From positions 1 to 64,000 of IMG/VR virus record IMGVR_UViG_3300021961_000063: 64,000 nt of DNA, one strand, 5' to 3'. Origin of the DNA: a virus. The translations under genes were made by a program, and so were the position numbers. A model generated the notes under the pieces. That model was not told the origin of the DNA and did no database searches. It worked only from the letters and a program-made list of their open reading frames with translations. Positions 40,768-50,564 of the stretch are shown here, in pieces. The stretch's first letter is position 1. Every line of letters starts with the position of its first letter.

Positions 40768-43361
40768 TGTATCAAGCTCTATACTTTGATAGAGAGGAAA
40801 AACAGTATTATCTGAGAGATGATAGGTGGGACGGTTTTAAATCTTTTAAATACTGGCCCTCCTATTATGCTCCAGATTCTGATGGTGAGTTTGAAACACT
40901 AGAGGGAACTAGAGTATCCCCTGTTAAAAAAATGTCCGATTACAAAAACCCTTGGTATTTTGAAAAGGATGTAGATAAACTTACTCGTTTACTTGTTGAT
41001 TATTATTACGAATCAGACGAACCACCTAAATTTCATAACATTGTTTATTTAGACATTGAGTGTGAGATTATGGGAGCGTTAACCGAGGATAACATTAAGG
41101 ATCCTAAAGGTAAAATCACAGCTGTTGCTTTATATAATCAAAACGATAAAAAATATTACTGTTTAATTTTAGATGAAGCTAAAAAAATGTCTGCTGCTAG
41201 GTCTGAGGGTAAAGAAATTATCCCTTATGCTAGTGAAAAAGAATTATTACACGGATTTTTAGAAAAATGGTATGAATTAGATCCTACTATTATTACAGGA
41301 TGGAATAGTGGTTTTTTTGATATTCCTTATTTATATTATAGAATTAAAAAAGTATTAGGCGAATCAATTGCCCAAACACTTTCTCCTATTAATAAAATTC
41401 ATTTTACACCTCAATTCCCCGAACAACCTGTTAATTTTGCTGGTATTAATCACCTTGATTATATGCTTTTGTTTAAAAAATATATTGTAAAACAAGAGCC
41501 ATCTTATCGTTTAGGTGATATTGGTAAAAAATATGCTGACCTAGAAAAAATTGAATATCAAGGTTCATTAGATAGATTGTTTGCTGAGGATGTAGATAAA
41601 TTTATTGAATATAACCTTCGAGACGTAGAAATTATTGTTGAGTTAGAAAACAGACTTAAATTTATTGACCTAACAACTACAATTGTTCACTTGTGCCATA
41701 CAGAATATGAAGCTATTTATTTTTCTACTCTGTTAAATGAAGGAGCTATTTTAACTTACCTAAAACGTAGAGGTATTGTTTCACCTAACAAACCTACAAC
41801 CTACAATCCAGCATTAAGAACATTAGAGGAAGAATATGCTGGAGGTTATTTGAAAGATCCTACACCTGGTTTGTATGAGTGGGTTATTGACTTAGATTTT
41901 ACCTCATTGTATCCTTCTATTATTCGCTCACTTAATATGGGAATTGAAACATTAGTAGGTAGAATTGTAAACCGAGGTAAATTCGACAACCAATGGTCAC
42001 TTAAGGAACTTAGGTCAATGGATCCTAATACTACTATTGAGATTGAAAAAGTAAAAAAAGATAGAACAACAGTTAGATCTAAAACCACAGTTGGGGATAT
42101 AATTGGAGTTATTGAGGAAAATGACCTATTAATTTCCGCTCCAGGAGTAATGTTCCGTAAGGATAAATCAAGTGTTGTTTGTGAAATTCTAGCTGACTGG
42201 TTTGCTAAACGTCAAGAGTATAAAAAACTCATGAAAAAAGCATACAAGGAAGATAATGACCCAGTTATGGGAGAGTTTTACAATAAACGTCAACACGCTT
42301 ATAAAATTAAGTTGAATGACGTTTATGGTGTATTTGCTATCAATGGTTGGAGATACACAGATGGTAATAAATTCATTAGTAAAGCAATTACTTTAACAGG
42401 TCAACGATTAACTCAAGAAAGTATTAAGTTTGTTAATAATTGGTTAAATGAACAATTAGAAACTAACAATAAAGATTATATTGTCACCTCAGATACCGAT
42501 TCATTGTTTATTCAAGTAAAAGATTTAATTTTACAACGTAAACCTGAGTTAGTAAATGCTGATAAGGAAACAATTGTAAAAGAAGTACTACAAGTTGCTA
42601 CTGAAATTCAAAAATTAGCAAACGATAATCTACATACAATGGTTAAGGAATTATTTAATGTTGATTATCCAAATGAACCTCATTATTTCGAATTAAAACA
42701 AGAGGTTGTACTTGATAGAGGTTATTTTGCTGGCAAGCGTAGATACGCCCAACATATTGTTAACAAAGAAGGTGTTACTGTAGATGAATTAGATGTTAAA
42801 GGTTTGGATTTGATGAAATCAAATTTCCCACCATTGTTTAGAAGATTCGGTGAACATATTATTAATGAAATTATGTTTGGTAAACCTAAAGATGATGTTG
42901 ATAAACAAATATTAGACTTTAGAACCGAATTAAGAACAATTGATTGGAGACAAATTTTAAAACCTACTGGATTAAAGAAAATGGAAGAATATTTAGCTGC
43001 TCCCCCTAGAGGTGGTGAAATATTTTCTAAATTAGGATTAAAATGCCCTATTAATACTAAAGCAGCTATTTACTATAATGATATTTTAAGATTTAAGGGA
43101 CTAGACAAAAAATACCCAACATTCCAAATTGGTGATAAAATGTTTATTGCTTATTTAAAAGATAATCCCTATCGAATTGATGTTGTTGGTTTTAATGGAT
43201 ACAATGATCCCCCAGAAATGATGGAATTTATAGAAAAGTATATTGATAGAGACGGTTTGTTTGATTCAGTTATGAAAAACAAACTAGAGTCATTATATTC
43301 AGATCTAGGTTGGGGTGCTGTAGTGCTTAACCAAAACATAAATAAATTTTTTAAATTTTAA
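40767..43361 (+). CDS. Family B DNA polymerase
   Basis: Exo LDIE, GWNSGFFDIPY, YNLRD; pol DFTSLYPS, KIKLNDVYG, SDTDS, KRRY. Confidence 0.95.
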   Translation: MYQALYFDREEKQYYLRDDRWDGFKSFKYWPSYYAPDSDGEFETLEGTRVSPVKKMSDYKNPWYFEKDVDKLTRLLVDYYYESDEPPKFHNIVYLDIECEIMGALTEDNIKDPKGKITAVALYNQNDKKYYCLILDEAKKMSAARSEGKEIIPYASEKELLHGFLEKWYELDPTIITGWNSGFFDIPYLYYRIKKVLGESIAQTLSPINKIHFTPQFPEQPVNFAGINHLDYMLLFKKYIVKQEPSYRLGDIGKKYADLEKIEYQGSLDRLFAEDVDKFIEYNLRDVEIIVELENRLKFIDLTTTIVHLCHTEYEAIYFSTLLNEGAILTYLKRRGIVSPNKPTTYNPALRTLEEEYAGGYLKDPTPGLYEWVIDLDFTSLYPSIIRSLNMGIETLVGRIVNRGKFDNQWSLKELRSMDPNTTIEIEKVKKDRTTVRSKTTVGDIIGVIEENDLLISAPGVMFRKDKSSVVCEILADWFAKRQEYKKLMKKAYKEDNDPVMGEFYNKRQHAYKIKLNDVYGVFAINGWRYTDGNKFISKAITLTGQRLTQESIKFVNNWLNEQLETNNKDYIVTSDTDSLFIQVKDLILQRKPELVNADKETIVKEVLQVATEIQKLANDNLHTMVKELFNVDYPNEPHYFELKQEVVLDRGYFAGKRRYAQHIVNKEGVTVDELDVKGLDLMKSNFPPLFRRFGEHIINEIMFGKPKDDVDKQILDFRTELRTIDWRQILKPTGLKKMEEYLAAPPRGGEIFSKLGLKCPINTKAAIYYNDILRFKGLDKKYPTFQIGDKMFIAYLKDNPYRIDVVGFNGYNDPPEMMEFIEKYIDRDGLFDSVMKNKLESLYSDLGWGAVVLNQNINKFFKF

Positions 43362-43363
43362 AA

Positions 43364-44104
43364 ATGATTAATAAACTAGATTTACAAAGTATTATTTCAA
43401 AGTATTACTTGAACGGAATGAATGAGGCCGTCAAGTGGGATATTAAAGATAATAAGTTAACTATTAAGTTTACTGCTCCTGATAAAACTATGATTGGGAT
43501 AGTAACTTGTGATGACTTTGAATTAGAGGATTCATCTATCGGAATTAGTAATACTACTCAACTAAATAAACTAATTGCTATTACAAATGGTTATCTAACT
43601 TTAGAATTTGTTAAGCAACACAAATTAATTACTAAACTTATCATAGCAGACAACCAGTTTACTTTAAACTATGCTTTAGCTGATACTATGATTATTCCTA
43701 AAGCCGGCGAGTATGTTGGAGATGGTGTCTATAACATTGAAGCTTCATTAGATAACGAAAGTATAAACGCTATAGTTAAAGCAAAATCCGCTCTTGCTGA
43801 CACCGATACAGTTGTATTTAAACCGTTTACTAACGATGATGGTGATTTATTATTAGAAATGTTGTTTGGAGGTAATATCGAATACTCAAACAAAGTATCC
43901 TTTTACCTACCAGAAATTACAACAACTAATTTACCTAATGAATTTAAAGCACACTATAACTCTAATTTGATTAAAGAAATTATGTACTGTAACAAAGATG
44001 TATCTAATTGTACCATGGGAATTAATTTAGATGGAGTTATGAGACTTGCTTTCGATAACGGAAGTGTTAAGAGCGAATATTATTTAGTAGCAAAAGAACT
44101 TTAA
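43364..44104 (+). CDS. DNA polymerase sliding clamp (gp45/PCNA-like)
   Basis: 246 aa directly after PolB; C-terminal SEYYLV; clamp loader nearby. Confidence 0.75.
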   Translation: MINKLDLQSIISKYYLNGMNEAVKWDIKDNKLTIKFTAPDKTMIGIVTCDDFELEDSSIGISNTTQLNKLIAITNGYLTLEFVKQHKLITKLIIADNQFTLNYALADTMIIPKAGEYVGDGVYNIEASLDNESINAIVKAKSALADTDTVVFKPFTNDDGDLLLEMLFGGNIEYSNKVSFYLPEITTTNLPNEFKAHYNSNLIKEIMYCNKDVSNCTMGINLDGVMRLAFDNGSVKSEYYLVAKEL

Positions 44105-44106
44105 AG

Positions 44107-44499
44107 ATGAACACTAAGACTAAAAGCCCGGTATTTGAAAATACCAAGAAAAATTACTTAATTGACATTGACGGAACAATTACCGATGATGTACCTAATG
44201 AAGAACCTGAAAGAATGGTTACGTGTGAACCCTTTGAAGGTAGTATCGACTTAATAAATAAATGGTATGATGAAGGGCATATAATCACCTTTTTTACCTC
44301 TAGAACAGAAGCACATAGAAAAATAACTGAAGAATGGTTATATAAATATGGTTACAAATATCATAACCTATTATTAAACAAACCAAGAGGGGGTAATTAT
44401 CATTGGATTGATAACCATGTTGTTAGAGCTACAAGATATAATGGCAAATGGTCTCCCTTAACAACAATAAGTGCCAACATTCAAGTATTTGAAGAATGA
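44107..44499 (+). CDS. HAD-family phosphatase
   Basis: LIDIDGTI, FTSR, KPR, WID. Confidence 0.82.
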   Translation: MNTKTKSPVFENTKKNYLIDIDGTITDDVPNEEPERMVTCEPFEGSIDLINKWYDEGHIITFFTSRTEAHRKITEEWLYKYGYKYHNLLLNKPRGGNYHWIDNHVVRATRYNGKWSPLTTISANIQVFEE

Positions 44500-44792
44500 G
44501 TTTTACACGTTACATAGTTGAACAAGACCATGAAAAAACCATTTGGATGGATTGGAATTGGAATAAACACAGAGAAGGTGATTTACCAGCGATCGAATAT
44601 AATGATGGTACTAAAGTTTGGTATAAAAATGGTTTAAAACATAGAGATGGTGGACTACCCGCTGTAGTATTTACTGATGGTCATCAAGAATGGTGGGTGA
44701 ATGGTAAATTACATAGAGAAGACGGACCTGCAATTGTAAGAGCTGAAGGTCACGTTTTTTATTTTAAAAATGGAAAAGAAGAAACTAAATAA
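44496..44792 (+). CDS. HREDGPA-repeat protein
   Basis: Three repeats: HREGDLPA, HRDGGLPA, HREDGPA with W..NG. Confidence 0.75.
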   Translation: MSFTRYIVEQDHEKTIWMDWNWNKHREGDLPAIEYNDGTKVWYKNGLKHRDGGLPAVVFTDGHQEWWVNGKLHREDGPAIVRAEGHVFYFKNGKEETK

Positions 44793-44828
44793 CTATTAAA
44801 AATAAAAACATATAATATGTATAACAAA

Positions 44829-45331
44829 GTGAAACCTTAGGGAACACTTAAATCATCTTAGGAGATAAAAATTATGACAAATTTAAGCATTTTTGAGAGA
44901 CAACTCTCACCATTTGACATCCTATTTAAGGATCTTTTCAAATCAGAACTAAACTTTCAACCAGCCATTGAGGCTAAATTTCCCCACCCAGTAGACATTT
45001 ACGAAAACAAAGACGGACTCCATTTTGAAGTGGCATGTACTGGTCTTACTAAAGAAGATGTTGACCTAAATATCGAGGGTGATGTATTAAAAATCAGTTA
45101 TGATAAAAATGACGACAATAGTTGTTGCGATGTAAATGATTGTAACTATATTAAACGAGGAATCGCTCGTCGTTCATTTAATCTAGGTTATAAAATTGCT
45201 AACAAGTTTAATTTAACTAAAGCTGAGGCTGAAATGAAAAACGGCTTGTTAAAAATTTCAATTCCATTCGCTGAAGAAGCAAAACCAAAAACATTAACAA
45301 TTAAGTAAAACCCGTTCTCCTAAGGTTTCAC
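44829..45331. repeat. Inverted repeat flanking hsp20
   Basis: GTGAAACCTTAGG-GAAC (44829-44845) versus GTTC-T-CCTAAGGTTTCAC (45314-45331): 13 bp perfect plus 4 bp after a 1-nt bulge. Confidence 0.85.
44874..45308 (+). CDS. Small heat shock protein (Hsp20)
   Basis: PVDIYE, RGIARRSF, AEMKNGLLKI. Confidence 0.92.
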   Translation: MTNLSIFERQLSPFDILFKDLFKSELNFQPAIEAKFPHPVDIYENKDGLHFEVACTGLTKEDVDLNIEGDVLKISYDKNDDNSCCDVNDCNYIKRGIARRSFNLGYKIANKFNLTKAEAEMKNGLLKISIPFAEEAKPKTLTIK

Positions 45332-45336
45332 AGGTT

Positions 45337-45537
45337 ATGAAATTACATCTAATTAAAACTAAGGATGATACTTTGTATGAAGTAATACATCAGGAAGTAG
45401 AAACAAAACAAATTGATTCTGAAAAAATGAGAATCAAATATCACTGTACTGATGTTTTTAGAAACAATGGTCAATATTGGTTTGTTAGAAAAATAGAAGA
45501 AGCACAAATTATTGAAGAAAATTTGGAAAAACAATAA
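45337..45537 (+). CDS. Hypothetical protein
   Basis: 66 aa; GGTTATG start context. Confidence 0.55.
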   Translation: MKLHLIKTKDDTLYEVIHQEVETKQIDSEKMRIKYHCTDVFRNNGQYWFVRKIEEAQIIEENLEKQ

Positions 45538-45557
45538 AAAGTTATTATATTCACGTT

Positions 45558-45851
45558 ATGACTAAAGAAAAAGAATACACACGTACTATTATTGATCCTG
45601 CAATGGAACCCTATTTCATCTCAATGGATGATAGTTGTATAACTGTTAACATTAAAGTTACCCCTGATTCTCGTTATAGTGATTCAGGTAAAGATTATGT
45701 TAAAGTAATAGGACATTATAGCAATGTAAGTAGTGCCTTAAAATCAATTATTAAAGACAAAACGAACAGTCAATCCTATGATTCTTTAAAAGAGTATATG
45801 GATGAGTACAGTAATCTTACTGAACGTTTAAATCAAGTATTAAATTTTTAA
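45558..45851 (+). CDS. Hypothetical protein
   Basis: 97 aa downstream of a host-type promoter at 45522-45553. Confidence 0.6.
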   Translation: MTKEKEYTRTIIDPAMEPYFISMDDSCITVNIKVTPDSRYSDSGKDYVKVIGHYSNVSSALKSIIKDKTNSQSYDSLKEYMDEYSNLTERLNQVLNF

Positions 45852-45854
45852 AAT

Positions 45855-46199
45855 ATGTTAGAAGCAATTTATAATGCCGTTATCGTAAAACCTATTGAGG
45901 TAGAGGAAACCTCATATGGTAATATTATCGTTCCTGATTTAGGAAATGAAAAAAACAAATTAGGAGAAGTTGTAGCAGTTGGTCCTGGTAACTATTCAGC
46001 TACAGGAGTTCTTATAAAAACTATGCTTAAAGTAGGAGATATTGTTGTGTTGCCTACAATGGGGTTTTCTAAAATGGAATATCAAGGTGAAGAATATTGG
46101 TTGGGACCTGAAAATCAAGTTTTAGCTCGTATAGCAGATGAAAAAACTTCAATTCAAGAAATTATTGAACAAACAGAACCTTTTAAAGAAGAAAAATAA
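45855..46199 (+). CDS. groES: Co-chaperonin GroES
   Basis: VIVKP..VEE...GNIIVPD, GEVVAVGPG, KVGD.V. Confidence 0.92.
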   Translation: MLEAIYNAVIVKPIEVEETSYGNIIVPDLGNEKNKLGEVVAVGPGNYSATGVLIKTMLKVGDIVVLPTMGFSKMEYQGEEYWLGPENQVLARIADEKTSIQEIIEQTEPFKEEK

Positions 46200-46201
46200 T
46201 T

Positions 46202-47812
46202 ATGAGTAAAATTATAGAATTTGGCCCTGAGGCTCGTAAAAAAATGATTGATGGTATCGACAAACTTGCCGATGCCGTAACAGCAACTCTTGGTCCTAAT
46301 GGACGTAATGTAGTTATTGCAAACGGAGGTGTTCCTCAAAGCACTAAGGATGGTGTAACTGTAGCTAAATCTATTACCCTAGAAGATCCAATTGAAGAAT
46401 TAGGAGTACAGTTAGTAAAACAAGCAGCTATTAAAACAGCAGACAACGCGGGTGATGGTACTACAACATCAACATTGTTGGCTCGTGAAATGGCTAAGCA
46501 AGGTCTTAAGTATCTTAATCACGGTGAAAATGCTGTTGAAATTAAACGTAGCATTGATAAATCAGTAAAAGATATCATTAATTATCTTCGCCAAGAAATT
46601 AAAGAAGATATTTCTAGTGAAGAACAACTTAAACAAATTGCCACTATTTCAGCTAACAATGATGAAGAAGTAGGTGAATTGATTGCTACCGCTATGCAAA
46701 AAGTAGGTCGTGAAGGTGTTGTTTTTGTAGAAGAATCTAAAAACGGTGAAACATATCTTGAAACAGTTGAAGGTATGCAATTTGATCGTGGTTACAAATC
46801 ACCTTATTTTGTAACTGATAACAATAATATGACAACTACTTTACACGATGCTTTGATTTTAATTGCTGATAAGCGTTTTACAACAGTAAAAGAATTGTTG
46901 CCTATTTTAGAAGCAGTATCTAACCAGAATAAACCTTTGGTTTTGATTGCTGAAGACATTGATGGTGAAGCACTTGCTACTTTGATTGTAAACAAAGCTC
47001 GTGGTATCTTGAAAGTTGTAGCTGTTAAAGCTCCTGACTTTGGAGATCGTCGTAAGTTGTTGCTTGAGGATATGGCTATTTTGACTGGTGGTGAAGTATT
47101 CAGTACTGAAAAAGGAATGAAACTTGACAAATTCAGTTGGGATTGGTTTGGTCAAGCTCGAGTAGTTACTGTAGGTAAAGAAGAAACCACTATTGTTGAT
47201 GGTAAAGGTGATGCTGATAAGATTGCTGCTCGTATTGAAGAACTCCAATCTCAGGTTGAAAACTCTACTTCACCATATGAAAAAGAAAAATTACAAGAAC
47301 GTTTGGCTAAATTTATTGGTGGTGTAGCAGTTGTTCACGTAGGTGGATTTACAGAAGCTGAAATGAAAGAAAAGAAAGATCGAGTAGATGATGCTTTACA
47401 AGCTACAAAAGCCGCTCTAGAAGAAGGTATTGTACCTGGTGGTGGAATGGCTTTATTGCATGCTCGTAATGGTATTCAAGATTTTAATACTATTGGTGGT
47501 CGCATTGTTTATAACGCTTGTGCTGAACCCTTTAAGAAAATTTTGTCAAATGCTGGTTACGAACAAGAAGACATTTACAATGCTCTTTCAGGTGCTACCG
47601 GAGGTGATTATTGGTATGGTTTTAATCTTAGCGATGATGATTTTTGGGATATGAGAGAAATTGGAGTAATCGATCCTGCTAAAGTAACTCGTACAGCCCT
47701 TGAAAATGCAGCATCCGTTGCCGGAACTATTTTATTGACAGAAGCTGTTGTAGTTGATAAGCCCGAAGAAAAAGATGATGATGGGCTTGGAGGTATGATG
47801 GGAATGATGTAA
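46202..47812 (+). CDS. groEL: Chaperonin GroEL
   Basis: [49 protein letters not shown] tail. Confidence 0.97.
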   Translation: MSKIIEFGPEARKKMIDGIDKLADAVTATLGPNGRNVVIANGGVPQSTKDGVTVAKSITLEDPIEELGVQLVKQAAIKTADNAGDGTTTSTLLAREMAKQGLKYLNHGENAVEIKRSIDKSVKDIINYLRQEIKEDISSEEQLKQIATISANNDEEVGELIATAMQKVGREGVVFVEESKNGETYLETVEGMQFDRGYKSPYFVTDNNNMTTTLHDALILIADKRFTTVKELLPILEAVSNQNKPLVLIAEDIDGEALATLIVNKARGILKVVAVKAPDFGDRRKLLLEDMAILTGGEVFSTEKGMKLDKFSWDWFGQARVVTVGKEETTIVDGKGDADKIAARIEELQSQVENSTSPYEKEKLQERLAKFIGGVAVVHVGGFTEAEMKEKKDRVDDALQATKAALEEGIVPGGGMALLHARNGIQDFNTIGGRIVYNACAEPFKKILSNAGYEQEDIYNALSGATGGDYWYGFNLSDDDFWDMREIGVIDPAKVTRTALENAASVAGTILLTEAVVVDKPEEKDDDGLGGMMGMM

Positions 47813-47821
47813 ATTTAAAGT

Positions 47822-48025
47822 ATGCAAGACGCAATAGGTCTCATAGGAAGAACCCTTGTTATAGAAGAAGTTATTTACAAGGTTAAAGATTTCTACTTTG
47901 TTCCCGGTACAAATTTATTGTACGTCGGTCTTCAAACCCCTGATAAAGCAGTTGTAAATTGGAGATATGAGAACCTATTGCCTTACTTTATTGAACAAGT
48001 CCACTTTGGTCACAGCCAGTTATGA
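47822..48025 (+). CDS. Hypothetical protein
   Basis: 67 aa, operonic. Confidence 0.5.
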   Translation: MQDAIGLIGRTLVIEEVIYKVKDFYFVPGTNLLYVGLQTPDKAVVNWRYENLLPYFIEQVHFGHSQL

Positions 48026-48288
48026 AAACAGAAATACAAGAAAAATTAATCGAAATCGCTAAACGAGTACCTCCTGGAGATCGTTGGGAAGTAAATGGGG
48101 TTAAAGACGTTCAAAACGGCTTAACAGATGCTTTAGAAGCATACTACCAGTCATCAACTAATAAACCTATTGCCTTTCGTTTAGATTTGGTTAATAGTAA
48201 ACTTTACGGTATATTCAACAATGAAGTAGAAGTTAAAGAACCTGAACCTAAACAATATTCAATCTATGGGGATTACACTTTAGACTAA
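48022..48288 (+). CDS. Hypothetical protein
   Basis: 88 aa, coupled to the previous ORF. Confidence 0.55.
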   Translation: MKTEIQEKLIEIAKRVPPGDRWEVNGVKDVQNGLTDALEAYYQSSTNKPIAFRLDLVNSKLYGIFNNEVEVKEPEPKQYSIYGDYTLD

Positions 48289-48307
48289 TCCCCGTATATT
48301 TATAATC

Positions 48308-48808
48308 ATGAAAACATGTAATGATTGTAAAATAAACGAAGCTAAGTATAACAATGGAAAATGTAAAGATTGTAATACAGCTTATATGACTGAGTATAGA
48401 AAAACTCAAAACTACAAAGAATACCAGACTAAAGATTATACAAAAACAAAAGAAAAACGTTTAGCTTATAAAAAAGATTATTACCAATCTCATAAAGCAG
48501 AACGAGCTAAATATATGAGAGATTATAGAAAAGCAAATCCTAAATATAGAGCTCAAGATGCTATAATAACTTATATAAATAAAAAAATTAAAGAAAGAGC
48601 TGATTTTATTGATTATTTAGGTTGTGGTTGGAATGAATTTTTTGTATATTTAGAAAAACAATTTACAGAAAATATGAATTGGGATAACTATGGAACATAT
48701 TGGGAAATTGATCATATCCATCCGCTAAGTAAAGGAGGTAGTTTTCATTATACTAATACCCAACCATTAACAATTACCGAAAACAGAAGAAAATATAATA
48801 AGTTATGA
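48308..48808 (+). CDS. Free-standing HNH homing endonuclease
   Basis: CxxC...CxxC N-terminus, basic helix, LGC, MNWDNYG.YWEIDHIHPLS...HYTNTQPL...N. Confidence 0.85.
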   Translation: MKTCNDCKINEAKYNNGKCKDCNTAYMTEYRKTQNYKEYQTKDYTKTKEKRLAYKKDYYQSHKAERAKYMRDYRKANPKYRAQDAIITYINKKIKERADFIDYLGCGWNEFFVYLEKQFTENMNWDNYGTYWEIDHIHPLSKGGSFHYTNTQPLTITENRRKYNKL

Positions 48809-49737
48809 GTTCTAAACAACATACATTGTGGAATGAAAAATATCGTTCTCAAGATCTTTCTACATATGTAGGAAATGAACAAATAAAAGGTACTATTTCT
48901 AAGTACCTAGAACAAAATGATATTCAAAACTTTATTTTTTATGGTCCAGCAGGAACTGGTAAAACTACTCTTGCTAAACTCATTGTTAATAATCTTAATT
49001 GCGATTTTCTCTATATTAATGCTTCCGATGAACGTGGTATTGATACTATTAGGGATAAGGTACAGGGTTTCTCGTCTGTTGCTTCTTTTAAGCCGCTCAA
49101 AGTTGTCATCTTGGACGAGGCTGATTTCCTTACTATTCAGGCTCAGGCGTCGCTAAGAAACATTATTGAGACATTCTCACGTACAACAAGATTTATCTTG
49201 ACTTGTAACTATATTGAAAGGATTATTGACCCTCTTCAATCACGTTGCCAGGTACTTAAAATTGTTCCTCCCTCTAAACAAGAGGTAGCAGTTCACATTA
49301 ACAATATCTTACAACAAGAAAATGTTAGTATTGATTTAGATAACTTAAAACTAGTTGTCAATCAATTTTATCCTGACCTACGTAAAATGCTTAACACACT
49401 ACAAATGAGTGTAGTAGGCGACGAAATTGTTGTAGATAAAAGTGTATTAGTGTCTAGTAATTATAAAAATCAAATACTTACGGAATTATGTAAACCAAGT
49501 TCTAAATCATTTAATAACATTAGACAAATCATAGCTGATTCTGGTGTGAGTGATTTTGAAGACCTATTCAGATTTTTATTTGACCACGTAGACAAATATG
49601 CTCCTACAGAAGCAGGTCAGGTAATTATTTACCTTGAGGAATACCAGTACCATTCTAATTTTAGAATTGATAAAGAGATCAATGCTATGGCTCTTATCTC
49701 TAGAATATTATCTGTAGCTGGTAAAAAAGTATTATGA
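48805..49737 (+). CDS. Clamp loader large subunit (RFC/gp44-like)
   Basis: WNEKYR, GPAGTGKTT, INASDERG, LDEAD, TCNY, SRC. Confidence 0.93.
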   Translation: MSSKQHTLWNEKYRSQDLSTYVGNEQIKGTISKYLEQNDIQNFIFYGPAGTGKTTLAKLIVNNLNCDFLYINASDERGIDTIRDKVQGFSSVASFKPLKVVILDEADFLTIQAQASLRNIIETFSRTTRFILTCNYIERIIDPLQSRCQVLKIVPPSKQEVAVHINNILQQENVSIDLDNLKLVVNQFYPDLRKMLNTLQMSVVGDEIVVDKSVLVSSNYKNQILTELCKPSSKSFNNIRQIIADSGVSDFEDLFRFLFDHVDKYAPTEAGQVIIYLEEYQYHSNFRIDKEINAMALISRILSVAGKKVL

Positions 49738-49922
49738 AACAATTCCTAAAGTTTACTGTAATTTGGATTAGCCAAAATCTTTCCGTACCTTTCTGGATGG
49801 TAGGTCACGTTCACTTAATGACAACTGTGTATCAAGACATACATGAAATTATTATGAGCATGGGTATGAATATTATAGTAGCAATAGGATTTTATTTAGA
49901 TTATAAACAAAACAAAAAATGA
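49734..49922 (+). CDS. Small membrane protein
   Basis: Two hydrophobic segments. Confidence 0.55.
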   Translation: MKQFLKFTVIWISQNLSVPFWMVGHVHLMTTVYQDIHEIIMSMGMNIIVAIGFYLDYKQNKK

Positions 49923-50158
49923 AAGATCAATTAAACATTAATTTAGATTTATCTAAAACAACAGAAGTTTTAACTCAAACAGGTACCCCGGTATGGGAAC
50001 AAGGAGTAGTACTTCGTAAAGTATCTCGCTTTGTAACAGGCACAGCTGAAGATGCTATCATCCCCATTCCTGTATTTTATGATCCCAAAACAGGAGAAAT
50101 TTGTCAAGAAACTCTCCCTAAGGAATTAAGAGAATACTACAAAGATGACGTTATTTGA
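49919..50158 (+). CDS. Hypothetical protein
   Basis: 79 aa, coupled. Confidence 0.6.
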   Translation: MKDQLNINLDLSKTTEVLTQTGTPVWEQGVVLRKVSRFVTGTAEDAIIPIPVFYDPKTGEICQETLPKELREYYKDDVI

Positions 50159-50564
50159 TTGGTTAAAACATATAACAACAGATAAAAAACCTTGGTCTTC
50201 TTTTACAGAAGATCAACAAGAATCGTTCAATTCTTACATGGTTCATCGGTTTGTAAGTATGTATGAGGGATATACTGAGGTCGCAAATTACGGCCAAAGA
50301 ATCCCGTATCCTGAAAAGGAAAAAACCTACAAGTATTATTGCACCATGTTACCAAAAAAGAATATATTCCTCAAGTATGTTAAGTCTTCTAAAAAAAGAC
50401 CAGCCACCGATTTATTAAAACACATAGCTGATTATTATGTTATCTCTCTAGGAGAAGCTGAGGATTATATTCATCTCCTTAAACGAGAAGGAATAGAACA
50501 TATTCTTGAAAAAGCAGGAGTTGACAATAAAGAAATTAAAAAGTTATTAAAAGAAATTAAATGA
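50145..50564 (+). CDS. Clamp loader small subunit (gp62-like)
   Basis: LFDWL..I...K, FNSYMVHRFVSM, PKK..FLKY. Confidence 0.75.
   Translation: MTLFDWLKHITTDKKPWSSFTEDQQESFNSYMVHRFVSMYEGYTEVANYGQRIPYPEKEKTYKYYCTMLPKKNIFLKYVKSSKKRPATDLLKHIADYYVISLGEAEDYIHLLKREGIEHILEKAGVDNKEIKKLLKEIK

Noticed and set aside
40767-43361. Intein or intron in PolB, NrdJ, DnaB or RecA
   Set aside because: Lengths are normal and motifs contiguous; no intein or intron boundaries seen
44829-45331. IS/transposon interpretation of the hsp20-flanking inverted repeat
   Set aside because: No transposase or clear target-site duplication; the bulged pairing fits an RNA stem better
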